DNA from: Candidatus Krumholzibacteriota bacterium | GTDB lineage: Bacteria; Krumholzibacteriota; Krumholzibacteriia; JAJRXK01 | Length of the DNA: 64,000 nucleotides | Assembly: GCA_024276305.1 (NCBI GenBank) | Contig: JAJRXK010000050.1 | Span: forward strand, 2,623 to 66,622 | Reading direction: 5' to 3' | Shown: positions 26,436 through 35,537 of the stretch, piece after piece | Layout: the number at the start of each line of letters is the position of its first letter | Position numbering within the stretch: position 1 is the stretch's first letter | Made by a program: the position numbers and the translations under genes | The notes under the pieces: generated by a model | Told to the model about the DNA's origin: nothing | The model's database searches: none | The model's input: the letters and a program-made list of their open reading frames with translations, nothing else

Positions 26436-27604
26436 TCGCTGACCGAGCTTCGGGTCCACCGGCTTCGAATCTCTGGGTCGAGATCGACAGCTCGGCGCTG
26501 GCCTCCAATCTGCGTGCGCTCCGCGAGCGGATCGGGAGGGAAGTGCTGCTGGCTCCGGTGGTCAAGAGCAATGCCTACGGCCACGGAATCCAGCGCGCCG
26601 CTCGGGCGTTCCGCAGCGGCGGCGCCGACTGGTTCTGTGTCCATTCCCTGGCCGAAGCAGAACGGGTCTTGGAACTCGATCTGGGCGCGACGGTTCTGTT
26701 GCTGGGTCCCCTCGCCCCCGGAGAGGAAGGCCCGGCGGTGAGCCGGGGGACGCATCTGAGCGTGAGCGAATTCGAGCAGCTGTCCAGCTTGAGTGCCGCG
26801 GCCGCGGCCTGCGGACGCCCCGCGTTCTTGCACCTCAAGGTCGAGACCGGGACTCACCGACAGGGGATCGACATCGAAGACCTGCCTCGCTTCCTCCAGC
26901 GCGTGCGAGAGGACTCCGGACTCGAACTCGTCGGCATGCACAGCCACTTCGCCAATATCGAAGACACCACTCAGCACGAATTCGCGCAGGCACAGGTCGA
27001 CCGATTCGAGAGTGCGCTTGCGGTCGCCTCGCAAATGGAATGCTCGCCGCGGATTCGTCACATTGCCAGTAGCGCGGCCTCGTTGCTCTTCGATCACACT
27101 CACTACGACTTGGTCCGTCCGGGAATCGCAGCCTATGGCTACTGGCCCAGCCGGGAGACCCTCGTGTCGGCGCAGAAGGCCGGGGTGACCACGCCCCAAC
27201 TCCGAAGCGCCCTCTCGTGGAAGACCCGGGTCACTCAGCTGCGTGAGATTTCGGCCGGCGCCTTCGTGGGCTATGGATGCACCGACCGGCTCGAGAGAGA
27301 CACCCGACTGGCAGTGCTTCCCGTGGGCTACGCGGATGGGTTCCGCCGGGCCTTCTCCTCGGTGGGTCACGTGTTGATTCGAGGCCGGCGATGCCCCGTG
27401 CGGGGGAGAGTGTGCATGAACCTCACCATGGTCGACGTGGGCCACGTGGAGGGCATCGCCTTGGGGGACGAAGTGGTCTTGCTGGGCAGGCAGGGGGAGG
27501 AGGAGATCTCCGCGGAGACCATGGCCGGCTGGGCGGGGACCATTCATTACGAGATCCTGGCCTCGATTGCCGATCATGTGCCCCGTCATGCGGCGGGCCG
27601 ATAA
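26432..27604 (+). CDS. alr: Alanine racemase
   Basis: PLP-lysine motif VVKSNAYGHG. C-terminal domain with YGYWPS and GRVCMNLTMVDV. ATGA overlap with the Fur gene stop. Confidence 0.9.
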   Translation: MIADRASGPPASNLWVEIDSSALASNLRALRERIGREVLLAPVVKSNAYGHGIQRAARAFRSGGADWFCVHSLAEAERVLELDLGATVLLLGPLAPGEEGPAVSRGTHLSVSEFEQLSSLSAAAAACGRPAFLHLKVETGTHRQGIDIEDLPRFLQRVREDSGLELVGMHSHFANIEDTTQHEFAQAQVDRFESALAVASQMECSPRIRHIASSAASLLFDHTHYDLVRPGIAAYGYWPSRETLVSAQKAGVTTPQLRSALSWKTRVTQLREISAGAFVGYGCTDRLERDTRLAVLPVGYADGFRRAFSSVGHVLIRGRRCPVRGRVCMNLTMVDVGHVEGIALGDEVVLLGRQGEEEISAETMAGWAGTIHYEILASIADHVPRHAAGR

Positions 27605-27807
27605 CCCACCTCCCGGGATCTGCGCAGGCTCGTTGGGATCTACCTGCCTCCCGCGACCCCCTCCCGGGTCTCGCCCTGGAGGAACCGGGGGTCGGGCTTT
27701 GCCCGCATCCCGACCAGCTCTCGAGACCCCGCAATCCGAGCCTCCGACCGTTGCACTTCGGTCGAGACAAGGTCATGGGCTTCGCGCTAGCATGACTCCT
27801 TTCTGGA

Positions 27808-29064
27808 TTGCACCGGAGAGGGGGGTGCGCGTTGACTCGCCGCCTGTACTACACTGACAGCTATCGCACGGACTTCGAGGCCCGGGTGGTGGAGGTTCTT
27901 CCGTGGTCCGGAGGTGGATGTCAGGTCCGCCTCGATGAGACCTGCTTCTATCCCACCAGCGGCGGGCAGATGCATGACCGGGGAGAGTTGGGAGGGATTC
28001 GGGTCGTCGACGTGAGGGAGGTCGACGACGAGATCTGGCATTTCCTCGACGATGCGCCCGCGTTCTCGGTCGACGATCTGGTGGTCGGGAGCATCGACGC
28101 CCAACGGCGCGCCGATCATCGTCAACAACACACTGGCCAGCACATTCTAAGTCGAGTTCTGGAGGAGACCTACTCCCTGGCCACCGAGAGTTCGAGGCTC
28201 GGAGAATCCGGCAACACCCTCGACGTGGCCGGCACGCGTTTGAGCCTCGGCGATCTCGACCAGATCGAGAGACGTTGCCACGAGATCTTCTGGCAATCCC
28301 ATCCGGTCCGAGTCCATCTCTACTCTCCCGAAGAGGCGGCGACCCGAGGGCTGCGCCAGAAAGTCGAACGTTCCGGTCCGGTCCGGGTCATCGAGATCGA
28401 AGGGATCGACCGCTGCGCCTGTGGGGGAACGCACGTGGCGAATACGGCCGAGATTGGGGTCATCGCCCTCTCCTCTCTGGAGAAAGTGCGCGGTGGACAG
28501 CGCATCCATTTCTTGTGCGGCCGGAGAGCAGAAGAGCGGCGGCGCGAGGCCTACCGGACCTTGCACGCCCTGGCCGCGGATCTGACCACGGGAACGGATC
28601 AGCTGGCCGAAGGCGTTCGCAAGCTCAAGGCGGAGGCCAAGGAAGGGCAGCGCCGATGCCAGCAGTTGGCCTCTCAGCTGGTCCGGGCTCGGTCCAGGGA
28701 TTGGGGATTGGAGGCCAAGGACGCGAGTTTCGGCGGCCGAGCCTTCCGGTGGGTCCACCGCGAACTCGATGGTGACGAGAGTTTGGCGGCGGGAGAGGCG
28801 CTGCGGGCTCTGACTTCCACCTCCGGGACCCTGGCCACCCTATGTCTGGAGCAGGGAGGACGGCTCCACCTCTTGGTGAGCCGAGCCGAGGATCTCGACG
28901 TCGATTGCCGGGTCCTGCTCGAGGAGGTTCTCGGCCCTTTGGGGGGGCGTGGAGGAGGCCGGCCCGAGCAGGCTCGCGGTGGCGTCAGCGAAGGTTCGGG
29001 AGGATTGATCCGAGAAGCTCTCGAGTCCTGTCTCAGGGGTGGGGCCGCGCCGACTCCAGGATGA
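27808..29064 (+). CDS. alaX: AlaX-L type alanyl-tRNA editing protein (AlaRS second-additional-domain plus DHHA1-like C-terminus)
   Basis: YYTDSY...CFYPTSGGQMHDRG; Zn motif HTGQHIL ... CACGGTHV. The start is probably TTG 27832 after GGAGAGGGGG (the track start is TTG 27808). Confidence 0.8.
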   Translation: MHRRGGCALTRRLYYTDSYRTDFEARVVEVLPWSGGGCQVRLDETCFYPTSGGQMHDRGELGGIRVVDVREVDDEIWHFLDDAPAFSVDDLVVGSIDAQRRADHRQQHTGQHILSRVLEETYSLATESSRLGESGNTLDVAGTRLSLGDLDQIERRCHEIFWQSHPVRVHLYSPEEAATRGLRQKVERSGPVRVIEIEGIDRCACGGTHVANTAEIGVIALSSLEKVRGGQRIHFLCGRRAEERRREAYRTLHALAADLTTGTDQLAEGVRKLKAEAKEGQRRCQQLASQLVRARSRDWGLEAKDASFGGRAFRWVHRELDGDESLAAGEALRALTSTSGTLATLCLEQGGRLHLLVSRAEDLDVDCRVLLEEVLGPLGGRGGGRPEQARGGVSEGSGGLIREALESCLRGGAAPTPG

Positions 29065-29734
29065 AGCGGGTCGCCTCTTCGAGGTTTCGGGCCAGGAAAT
29101 CCGCTTCCGCGAGTTCGGTTTCGTCTCCGAATCCATGCAGGACTCCGATCGACCGGCATCCGCAGGAGCGTCCCGCGGCGAGATCTTCCGCCCGGTCACC
29201 CACCATGAATGCATTTGCTCCCTCGACTCCGAGTCTCTCGAGGGCGCGCTCCACGAGGCGCTCTTTGTAGGGAGGCCGGAGATCCAGGGGGAGTTCTTCG
29301 TAGCATTCGCGGTGATCGAAGGATCGGTCGAGGTCCAAGTGCTCGAGTGCCGCACGGAAGTACTCGACCTGGGCATTGCTCACCACCCCGAGCCGGTAGC
29401 CGCTGGCGCGCAGTCGGTTCAGTGAGGGTTGAGTGCAGTCGAAGAGTTGTCCTCGCCCGGCCTCGAGAGAGGCGACCTCATGACGAGTGGCGGCTGTCTT
29501 TACCGCCGACGCGCAGTGCAGTAGCTTGGGGGGCAACACGCGTCGGAAGTACTCGTCGGCGGGCAGGCCCAACGCGCGGACGATGAGGTCTCGATCGGCG
29601 TGGTGGTGCTGACCCTCGCGGGCTGCCACTTCTTCGATTCCGGCGGCCACCGCTTCGACGATCGCGTGTCGTGAATCGAGCAGGGTTCCGTCGAGGTCGA
29701 AGAGGACCGCGCTGGATGGGCGGGTCGAAGGCAT
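29033..29734 (-). CDS. HAD-superfamily hydrolase (phosphoglycolate-phosphatase-like, subfamily IA)
   Basis: Motif I VLFDLDGTLLDS, motif II VVSN, motif IV MVGDRAEDLAAG. The 3' end overlaps the alaX 3' end (convergent). Confidence 0.75.
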   Translation of the reverse strand: MPSTRPSSAVLFDLDGTLLDSRHAIVEAVAAGIEEVAAREGQHHHADRDLIVRALGLPADEYFRRVLPPKLLHCASAVKTAATRHEVASLEAGRGQLFDCTQPSLNRLRASGYRLGVVSNAQVEYFRAALEHLDLDRSFDHRECYEELPLDLRPPYKERLVERALERLGVEGANAFMVGDRAEDLAAGRSCGCRSIGVLHGFGDETELAEADFLARNLEEATRFILESARPHP

Positions 29735-30620
29735 GAATGTCTCCCGAGTCGAAGTGAGAACATCGATGGTCGTCGAAGAAGTCGAACTCTCCAGTGAAGA
29801 AGGACTCCCGATCCGAATCGAGCTGCGGCGGCCGGAGGCGTCGCCTCCCCGCGCGACGGTGATCGTCTGTCACGGCTTCAAAGGATTCAAGGCCTGGGGA
29901 TTCTTTCCACATCTGGCAGAGAGATTGGCGCGTGCGGGCTACGAAGCGGTGACCTTCGATTTCTCGCGCAATGGGATCGGAGACAATCCCACCGAATTCA
30001 GCCGTCTCGATCTCTTCGCGGGCAATACCTACAGTCACGAGCTTGCCGATCTCCAAACGGTGGTCCGATGGGTGTAGGGCCGGGGAAAAGAATGGACCGA
30101 GATTCTCGGAATGTTGGGGCACAGTCGGGGCGCGGTACCCGTGATGGTCCTAGCCCGGGAGAATCCGCAGGTAGGAGCCATCGTGACCTGGAGTGGGGTG
30201 GGGCATCTCCTTCGTTTCACGGACCGTCAATTGGAACAGTGGGCCGCACGCGGCAGCCTGAATTTCGTGAATGCGCGGACCGGACAGAACATGGCCATGG
30301 ACTTCGCCTTCGTCGAAGACGTGCGGCGCAATGCGGATCGTCTGGACCTGCAGGCTGCCGCGCGGGAGATGTCTGCGGCGCATCTCATCCTCCATGCCGG
30401 TGCGGATCTGGCGGTGGATCCGGCCGAGGCGGAGTTGCTCCGGGCGGGGCGACGGACGCGGTGCGAACTCGCGATCCTGGAGGGGGCCTCGCATACCTTC
30501 GGCGCCAAGCACCCTTTCGAGGGTCCTTCCCCCTGGCTCGAGGATGCCATCGACCGGAGTCTGGAGTGGTTCGGGCGCTATCTGGACTGCGATTCTCCTC
30601 CGGCACCCCCACAGGCTTGA
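29733..30620 (+). pseudogene. Alpha/beta-fold hydrolase interrupted by a single in-frame TAG (30075..30077)
   Basis: Same-frame ORFs 29733..30077 (VIVCHGFKG oxyanion region) and 30111..30620 (nucleophile elbow LGHSRG, later D and GASHTF His region). Reads ...VVRWV-TAG-GRGKEWTEILGMLGHSRG... Confidence 0.6.
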
Positions 30621-31133
30621 CTCCGGACGCGTGGCCAACGTACCTTGAAGTGACGGGACTGGTTCAGTCTGTCTGCTTGTCTATCCACGGCAGCGACTCG
30701 ATCGATCCCCCCAAACCACATTCTGTAGGTGTCGGTACGCTCGTCTGGGCTCCCGTCTGATGCTACGGAATCCATCGGCCTCTTCGTGGGGTGTGTGACG
30801 AGACGCTTCGGCCCCAGAGTCGAAACGGGAAGCCACCGCAAGAACCGCCGACTGCAACGTTGCCGTGGCCCGCTCCGATCTCACCCCCACGATTGTCTCG
30901 AGACGGTCGGTGTCGACCGTCCCGCGTGGACTCTACGGGAGTGACGCGTGCGCTTCCACCCGTTGGGGTGGAGACCGTGGTTCGACCGAAGCGAGGGTCG
31001 CCCGGCTCGTTGGGGAAGAGTCGCATCGGGTTGCCCGACCGGAAGAAGAACCATGGGATGGGGAGTTTGGAAGCGGGTGTGTGAGGTCCCCTCACTGCAG
31101 GGAGCACCTGCCTCCGGCTCCCCAGGATTCTCT

Positions 31134-31931
31134 TCAGAGGGCGGGGACCGAAGACAGTTTTCGCGGCCGTAGTTCTGAAATCTCGGAGGCCTGGGGCAGC
31201 GCCAGAATCCGAGTGATTCGTTGGATCAGCGCCGCTTCGCCTCCGAAGTCCTTCCGATAGGCGTAGAGCACGGGGTGAATCTCCAGGACCCCGCCTGGTT
31301 TTCCCCAACGGCTGCTGCTCTCCACCAGCCCCACCAGGGCTCGTTCCAGATCGGTGTCGAGACGGTCCGGGTGGTAGACCTGCACCGGCGGACAACTCTC
31401 GGCACCGCAGTGCAAGGCGGCGTGAATGCGGGCATCGAGGTCCTCGAGGACCTGCCGCCGCCGTGGGTCGCGGGAGCCGAAGCTGGGGCCCCAGAGCCAT
31501 CGATGGCCGCGATTGGCCCGCAATACCCCATGTTCGATGGCATCCGCGGTGAACCGATCTCCCGCAATCCACCACGCGAAGCGGCGGTAGAGGCCCCGGG
31601 GTCTCCGCCATCGCGGTTGTCCGACCGACCCCTGCACGATCGCATGGGCGATGAGCGCGTTGTAGATGTTCAGCCAAAACGCGCGTTTCTCGGTGGGAGA
31701 GAGGGCCGCGAGAGAGGCATTCGCGAGCCCATCGGCCAGGCCTCGGGCGGTCCGACTCAGGGTCTCCGCCTCGTCCGTCGATTCCTCGACCAACGCCGCG
31801 CGGGCTCGAAGCCGCCACTGCGCCAAAGCGATGGAGGTCGCCACCGGCTCCCCCGGGCCGGGGGGAGCGGAAGATGGTCGCGTGTTGAGGGCGGATTTGG
31901 GAGTCCACCGGTCGAGGAGAAGATCGATCAT
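31134..31931 (-). CDS. DUF547 domain protein
   Basis: 265 aa. Characteristic KRAFWLNIYNALIAHAIV and HAALHCGAESCPP motifs. Confidence 0.75.
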   Translation of the reverse strand: MIDLLLDRWTPKSALNTRPSSAPPGPGEPVATSIALAQWRLRARAALVEESTDEAETLSRTARGLADGLANASLAALSPTEKRAFWLNIYNALIAHAIVQGSVGQPRWRRPRGLYRRFAWWIAGDRFTADAIEHGVLRANRGHRWLWGPSFGSRDPRRRQVLEDLDARIHAALHCGAESCPPVQVYHPDRLDTDLERALVGLVESSSRWGKPGGVLEIHPVLYAYRKDFGGEAALIQRITRILALPQASEISELRPRKLSSVPAL

Positions 31932-31980
31932 TGGGCCTCGTCAGAGGAGAGTGCCTCCGGGAGGATCGGAGGACGGTCGA

Positions 31981-34017
31981 TCATTTGACCAGAGTGATCG
32001 ACCGCACGCTCCTCTGTCCGTTCGCTTCGAGCTGGACCCGGTACACGCCCGAACTCAGAGGCGCACCTCGACGGTCACGGGCCATCCAGGGGAGGGAATG
32101 CCGGCCGGCGGAGAGCGGGCCGGGATCGACCACGTCGACCACCCTTCCGTGGCTGTCCAGAATACGGAGCTTCACGGAGGAAGGTGACGGCAGTTCGAAG
32201 CGCAGGAGAGTCGAGGGATTGAAAGGATTGGGTTGGTTGGCCAGGAGAGTCGGGGCTGCGAGCTGCGGGGTGGGATCGTTCGGAGTTGCAACCGGGGCTT
32301 CGAAGTGGAGCACCCAGTGGTCGGGGTCGAGCTGCACATCGACCACCGGATCCGGAGAAAAAACCGCGAGTTGATCCTGAGCCGAACGCACCCAAATCGT
32401 GGTGTCGAAGCTTCCGGCGGTGGTCACGATTCGCAGGTCCAGAGGCATCGAATAGGGGAGACCCGCTTGGACTTGGGAGACCGTCAGGTCGACCCGGTTC
32501 TGGGGACCGCTCACGGTCCAGCTGAGTTGGAAGGTCGGACGACCAGTTCGATAGATCCACTGATCGAAGAACCAACTCAGGTCGCCACCGCTCTGATCTT
32601 CGAAAGCTCTCTGGACGTCGCCGGTGGTGAAATTGCCGTACTCGAGGCCGGGAGTCGAGGGGAGGGATCGCAACGCTCCGAAGAAGGCGGCGTCGCCGAC
32701 CACCCTCCTCAGCATGTGCAGAACCCATGCTCCCTTGAAGTAGACGGTGTCTCCGAAGAGATTGTTCGGCGGGACGATGGGGCCGTAGAAGCCACAGCAA
32801 TCGTTGGAGTGCTTGTTCATGTAGGCGTGGTAGGCCGCAGTTCCGTCTCGAGCCTCCAGCCACAGAGCTTCTGCGTAGGTGGCGAATCCCTCGTGCAGCC
32901 AGAGCTCATTCCAGTCACGAACCGTCAGTTGATTTCCGAACCACTGATGAGCGAGCTCATGGCCGACGATGCGTTCGTAGAATTGGTCGCCGGTCAGGAA
33001 GAAATCGCCGTAGCTCGTCATGGTCTGGTGCTCCATCGCTCCAATCCAGACGAATTCCGCCATCCCGTACTTGTCGTCGATGAAAGGATATTCTCCGAAG
33101 TAGGATTCGTAGAGGTCCATCATGGCTGCGGTGTTCTGAAAGTCGATCTCGGCTGCCGCTCGATCCTGAGGGAAGACCCGGTATTCGATGGGCATGGATT
33201 TTCCCGAGACCGACGAGGTGTAGGTCTCCGTCCATCCCTCGTAGTCTGCGATGGCGAGGCTCACGTTGTAGGTGCTGATGGGGTAGTCTTCGCGCCAGGT
33301 ATAGTAGTTTCCGCCGGGCACGGGGTAGAGGCCGAGCAGCTTTCCGTTGCTGGCCACGTACTTGCCAGTGGGCGCGAAGGCGGCCACGGTCACCGCGGCC
33401 TTGTCGTCCGGCGTGTCCTTGCACGGCCACCAACTGCGGGCGAAGTAGGGCTCGCTCAGCGTGGCGAGAGTCGATGCGCCGCTGTTGGTCTGCATGAAGT
33501 CGAATCCCATGAAGCCGGAAGGCTGGGGCGAACCACTGTAGACCACGGTGATGGCCGTCGACTCTCCAACCCCCAAGGGTTGGGCCAAGGTCGCGGTGAG
33601 CACGTCGGCCGCATGGGTGAAGGCCAGCTCTTCTCCGAAGTCCGTGAAGACGCGGGTGACACCGAGATTGTCGTAGAGATCCAGGCAGACCTCTCCCAAT
33701 TGCGCGACCAGGCTCGTCAACACGATGTGGACTTGGCCGTCGAGCGTTTCGGCGCCGAAGTCCGGCCGGAAGATGAGCGAATAGGACTGCACGTCGTAAG
33801 AGGCCTGGTTGGCCGCGACCGAGGGAGGGGGCGTGGGAATCCCTCCGATGGCCAGAGTGGTCTGAAGGTCGGGTCCCGGAGTTCCCTGCAGCTGCCATCG
33901 GGGGATCGTGGCATGAGCGGTCGAAACGAGGGCCCAGACCGCGACCGGCACCAGGGCCATGAGCAGGGCCGGAGCCAGTGGTATCGGGGATCGATTCGGC
34001 GAGAGGCGCGATTGCAT
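31981..34017 (-). CDS. Secreted M1-family zinc aminopeptidase with C-terminal FlgD-Ig / T9SS type-A sorting-like domain
   Basis: Start ATG at 34017 (MQSRLSPNR..., signal peptide). GAMEHQ, HELAHQWFGN-x18-LWLHEGFATY (HEXXH-18-E). Last ~85 aa NQPNPFNPSTLLRFELPSPSSVKLRILDSHGRVV...SGVYRVQL. The track ORF extension up to 35409 is rejected. Confidence 0.85.
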   Translation of the reverse strand: MQSRLSPNRSPIPLAPALLMALVPVAVWALVSTAHATIPRWQLQGTPGPDLQTTLAIGGIPTPPPSVAANQASYDVQSYSLIFRPDFGAETLDGQVHIVLTSLVAQLGEVCLDLYDNLGVTRVFTDFGEELAFTHAADVLTATLAQPLGVGESTAITVVYSGSPQPSGFMGFDFMQTNSGASTLATLSEPYFARSWWPCKDTPDDKAAVTVAAFAPTGKYVASNGKLLGLYPVPGGNYYTWREDYPISTYNVSLAIADYEGWTETYTSSVSGKSMPIEYRVFPQDRAAAEIDFQNTAAMMDLYESYFGEYPFIDDKYGMAEFVWIGAMEHQTMTSYGDFFLTGDQFYERIVGHELAHQWFGNQLTVRDWNELWLHEGFATYAEALWLEARDGTAAYHAYMNKHSNDCCGFYGPIVPPNNLFGDTVYFKGAWVLHMLRRVVGDAAFFGALRSLPSTPGLEYGNFTTGDVQRAFEDQSGGDLSWFFDQWIYRTGRPTFQLSWTVSGPQNRVDLTVSQVQAGLPYSMPLDLRIVTTAGSFDTTIWVRSAQDQLAVFSPDPVVDVQLDPDHWVLHFEAPVATPNDPTPQLAAPTLLANQPNPFNPSTLLRFELPSPSSVKLRILDSHGRVVDVVDPGPLSAGRHSLPWMARDRRGAPLSSGVYRVQLEANGQRSVRSITLVK

Positions 34018-34335
34018 GGGGTGCCGTTCCAAGAGAGCCGCAGATGGTCTCGCTTTCTCACGAAGAAAGTGGAGCCTGAAGGAACGATAGTGCCAGCTGG
34101 GGCGGACCGCGGTCAAGGCCGTCGGATCCCTGCGGGGCCTCGGTCGTACTGGCAACTCCTCGACTGTACCGTCAGGTACGCTCAGAGGCTCTCTCCGGGC
34201 CCGGGCATATCCATGGAAGTCATTGATATGACATAAGTTGTTGGATTGTGTGACTTCCGGCCTCCGGGTTGCAATGCCGACACCGAGAACCCCCCGATCC
34301 GGGTCTTCGGCCCGGCTGAACTCGAAGGAGATATC

Positions 34336-35445
34336 ATGAAGACCCGCAGACCAATCTTTCTGCTCTCGCTGATCGCGCTGCTGGCGATCCTCGCCGCAGG
34401 TTGTAGCAACGACTCGAATCCCGCCACTGCCAACGACGGTGAGATCGGCGGCGCGAATGCCATGGAGAGCCTGGATCTCAACGCGTCCTACGGAGGGCTG
34501 AGCTACTCCGACGAGGCCGAGGCCTTCGGAGACGCTGCTCTGCTCAGCGATGCGATGATGGCCGAGGATCTGAGCCTCGACACTGCCGATGAGGACAGCC
34601 TGGTCGACGACGATCCGGGCCTCGACCGTCCCGAGGTGCAGCGGACCTATGTACGCATTCTCTGGGGCCAGCTCGACGGGACGCCCCGCGATTCCGTCCG
34701 CAGCACTCTTCCGCCAGAAATGGGTCTGGATTGGACCGGTACGGTGAGCGTCACCAACGGAGCGATCGCCCTCAGTCGGGTGATTCGATTCGAGCGGCCC
34801 TTCGACCATCGGCTGCCTCGCACCGACCGTCAGACCGTGGGTTGGGTGAGCCGCACGGGTCCGCATTTCGACGGCATCCTGGTGTGCATCTTCTCCAAGC
34901 CCGATTCCACGGGCCGGATCAGTGGAGAGTTGACCTTCCGGACGGGCCCGTTGACCCAGACCTTCTCCCTCGCCGAACTCCATGGCTTGGATGAGGTCAT
35001 CCCGGTGGACGATCTGGGCAACGCGGTGAGCTTCGCCAGTCGCGTGATCGACCCCAAGGGCGACTGCGGCGAGGGATTCCTGGCTGGCTACTGGCGCAGC
35101 ACTCCCGATCGTGGTGACGGAAATGGTGGAGTGTTCCGCGGTCTGGTCATGAATGCACGCAACCATCCCATCGGCTTCCTCATGGGACGCTATGGGATCA
35201 ACGATGCGGGCGAACGGGTCTTTGCCGGCAAGTACATCGGACGCAATGGTCACATCCGCGGTCTGGTCGAGGGTAGCTGGGAGCCCAGTGTGGACCAAGA
35301 CGGGATGGGGAACTTCGCGGGTCATTGGGCCCTGCGCAACGGCGATCGAGTGGGAGGACTCCGCGGTGAGTACAAGAGCCGCGCCGACGGGGGACTGGGC
35401 TTCTTCCACGGGCAGTGGGCAGAGGCCTGCGCCGAAGGGATCTGA
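34336..35445 (+). CDS. Lipoprotein, function unknown
   Basis: ATG 34336 after AAGGAG. Lipobox LAAGC. Acidic N-terminal linker followed by a Gly/Arg-rich repeated GxxxG(R/K)Y region. Confidence 0.55.
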   Translation: MKTRRPIFLLSLIALLAILAAGCSNDSNPATANDGEIGGANAMESLDLNASYGGLSYSDEAEAFGDAALLSDAMMAEDLSLDTADEDSLVDDDPGLDRPEVQRTYVRILWGQLDGTPRDSVRSTLPPEMGLDWTGTVSVTNGAIALSRVIRFERPFDHRLPRTDRQTVGWVSRTGPHFDGILVCIFSKPDSTGRISGELTFRTGPLTQTFSLAELHGLDEVIPVDDLGNAVSFASRVIDPKGDCGEGFLAGYWRSTPDRGDGNGGVFRGLVMNARNHPIGFLMGRYGINDAGERVFAGKYIGRNGHIRGLVEGSWEPSVDQDGMGNFAGHWALRNGDRVGGLRGEYKSRADGGLGFFHGQWAEACAEGI

Positions 35446-35487
35446 GCTCTCCTTCCTCTACCAGGATCGAGACCATCCGACGAGAAG

Positions 35488-35512
35488 GAGCGGACCCCAA
35501 AGGGGTCCGCTC
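35488..35512. terminator. Strong bidirectional terminator-like hairpin between convergent genes
   Basis: GAGCGGACCCC-AAA-GGGGTCCGCTC (perfect 11 bp) followed by TTCGTT on the + strand. It sits between the lipoprotein stop (35445) and the S1 gene stop (35538). Confidence 0.55.
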
Positions 35513-35537
35513 TTCGTTGGTGGAAGTGGAGGAGAGA

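Noticed and set aside
29732-29735. Palindromic codon overlaps: divergent starts sharing CATG (29732..29735), and convergent stops sharing CTAG (47145..47148).
   Set aside because: These are curiosities of tight packing. The hydrolase may really start at the downstream ATG 29766. There is no evidence of function.
30621-31133. tRNA, tmRNA, RNase P RNA or SRP RNA in the long convergent spacer.
   Set aside because: I looked on both strands for T-loop GGTTCGAnnCC with a matching stem, the tmRNA 5' GGGG...TTCGAC and 3' CCACCA ends, the RNase P GGAAAGTCCGG / ACAGAACCCGGCTTA boxes, and the SRP GGAA loop context. I found only partial, non-pairing matches (GTGGTTCGACC, GTTTCGAC).
34018-35409. N-terminal 464-aa extension of the track ORF 31981..35409(-) upstream of the M1 peptidase.
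   Set aside because: The peptidase has its own ATG at 34017 followed by a signal peptide. The extension overlaps the well-supported lipoprotein gene on the other strand and has no motifs.
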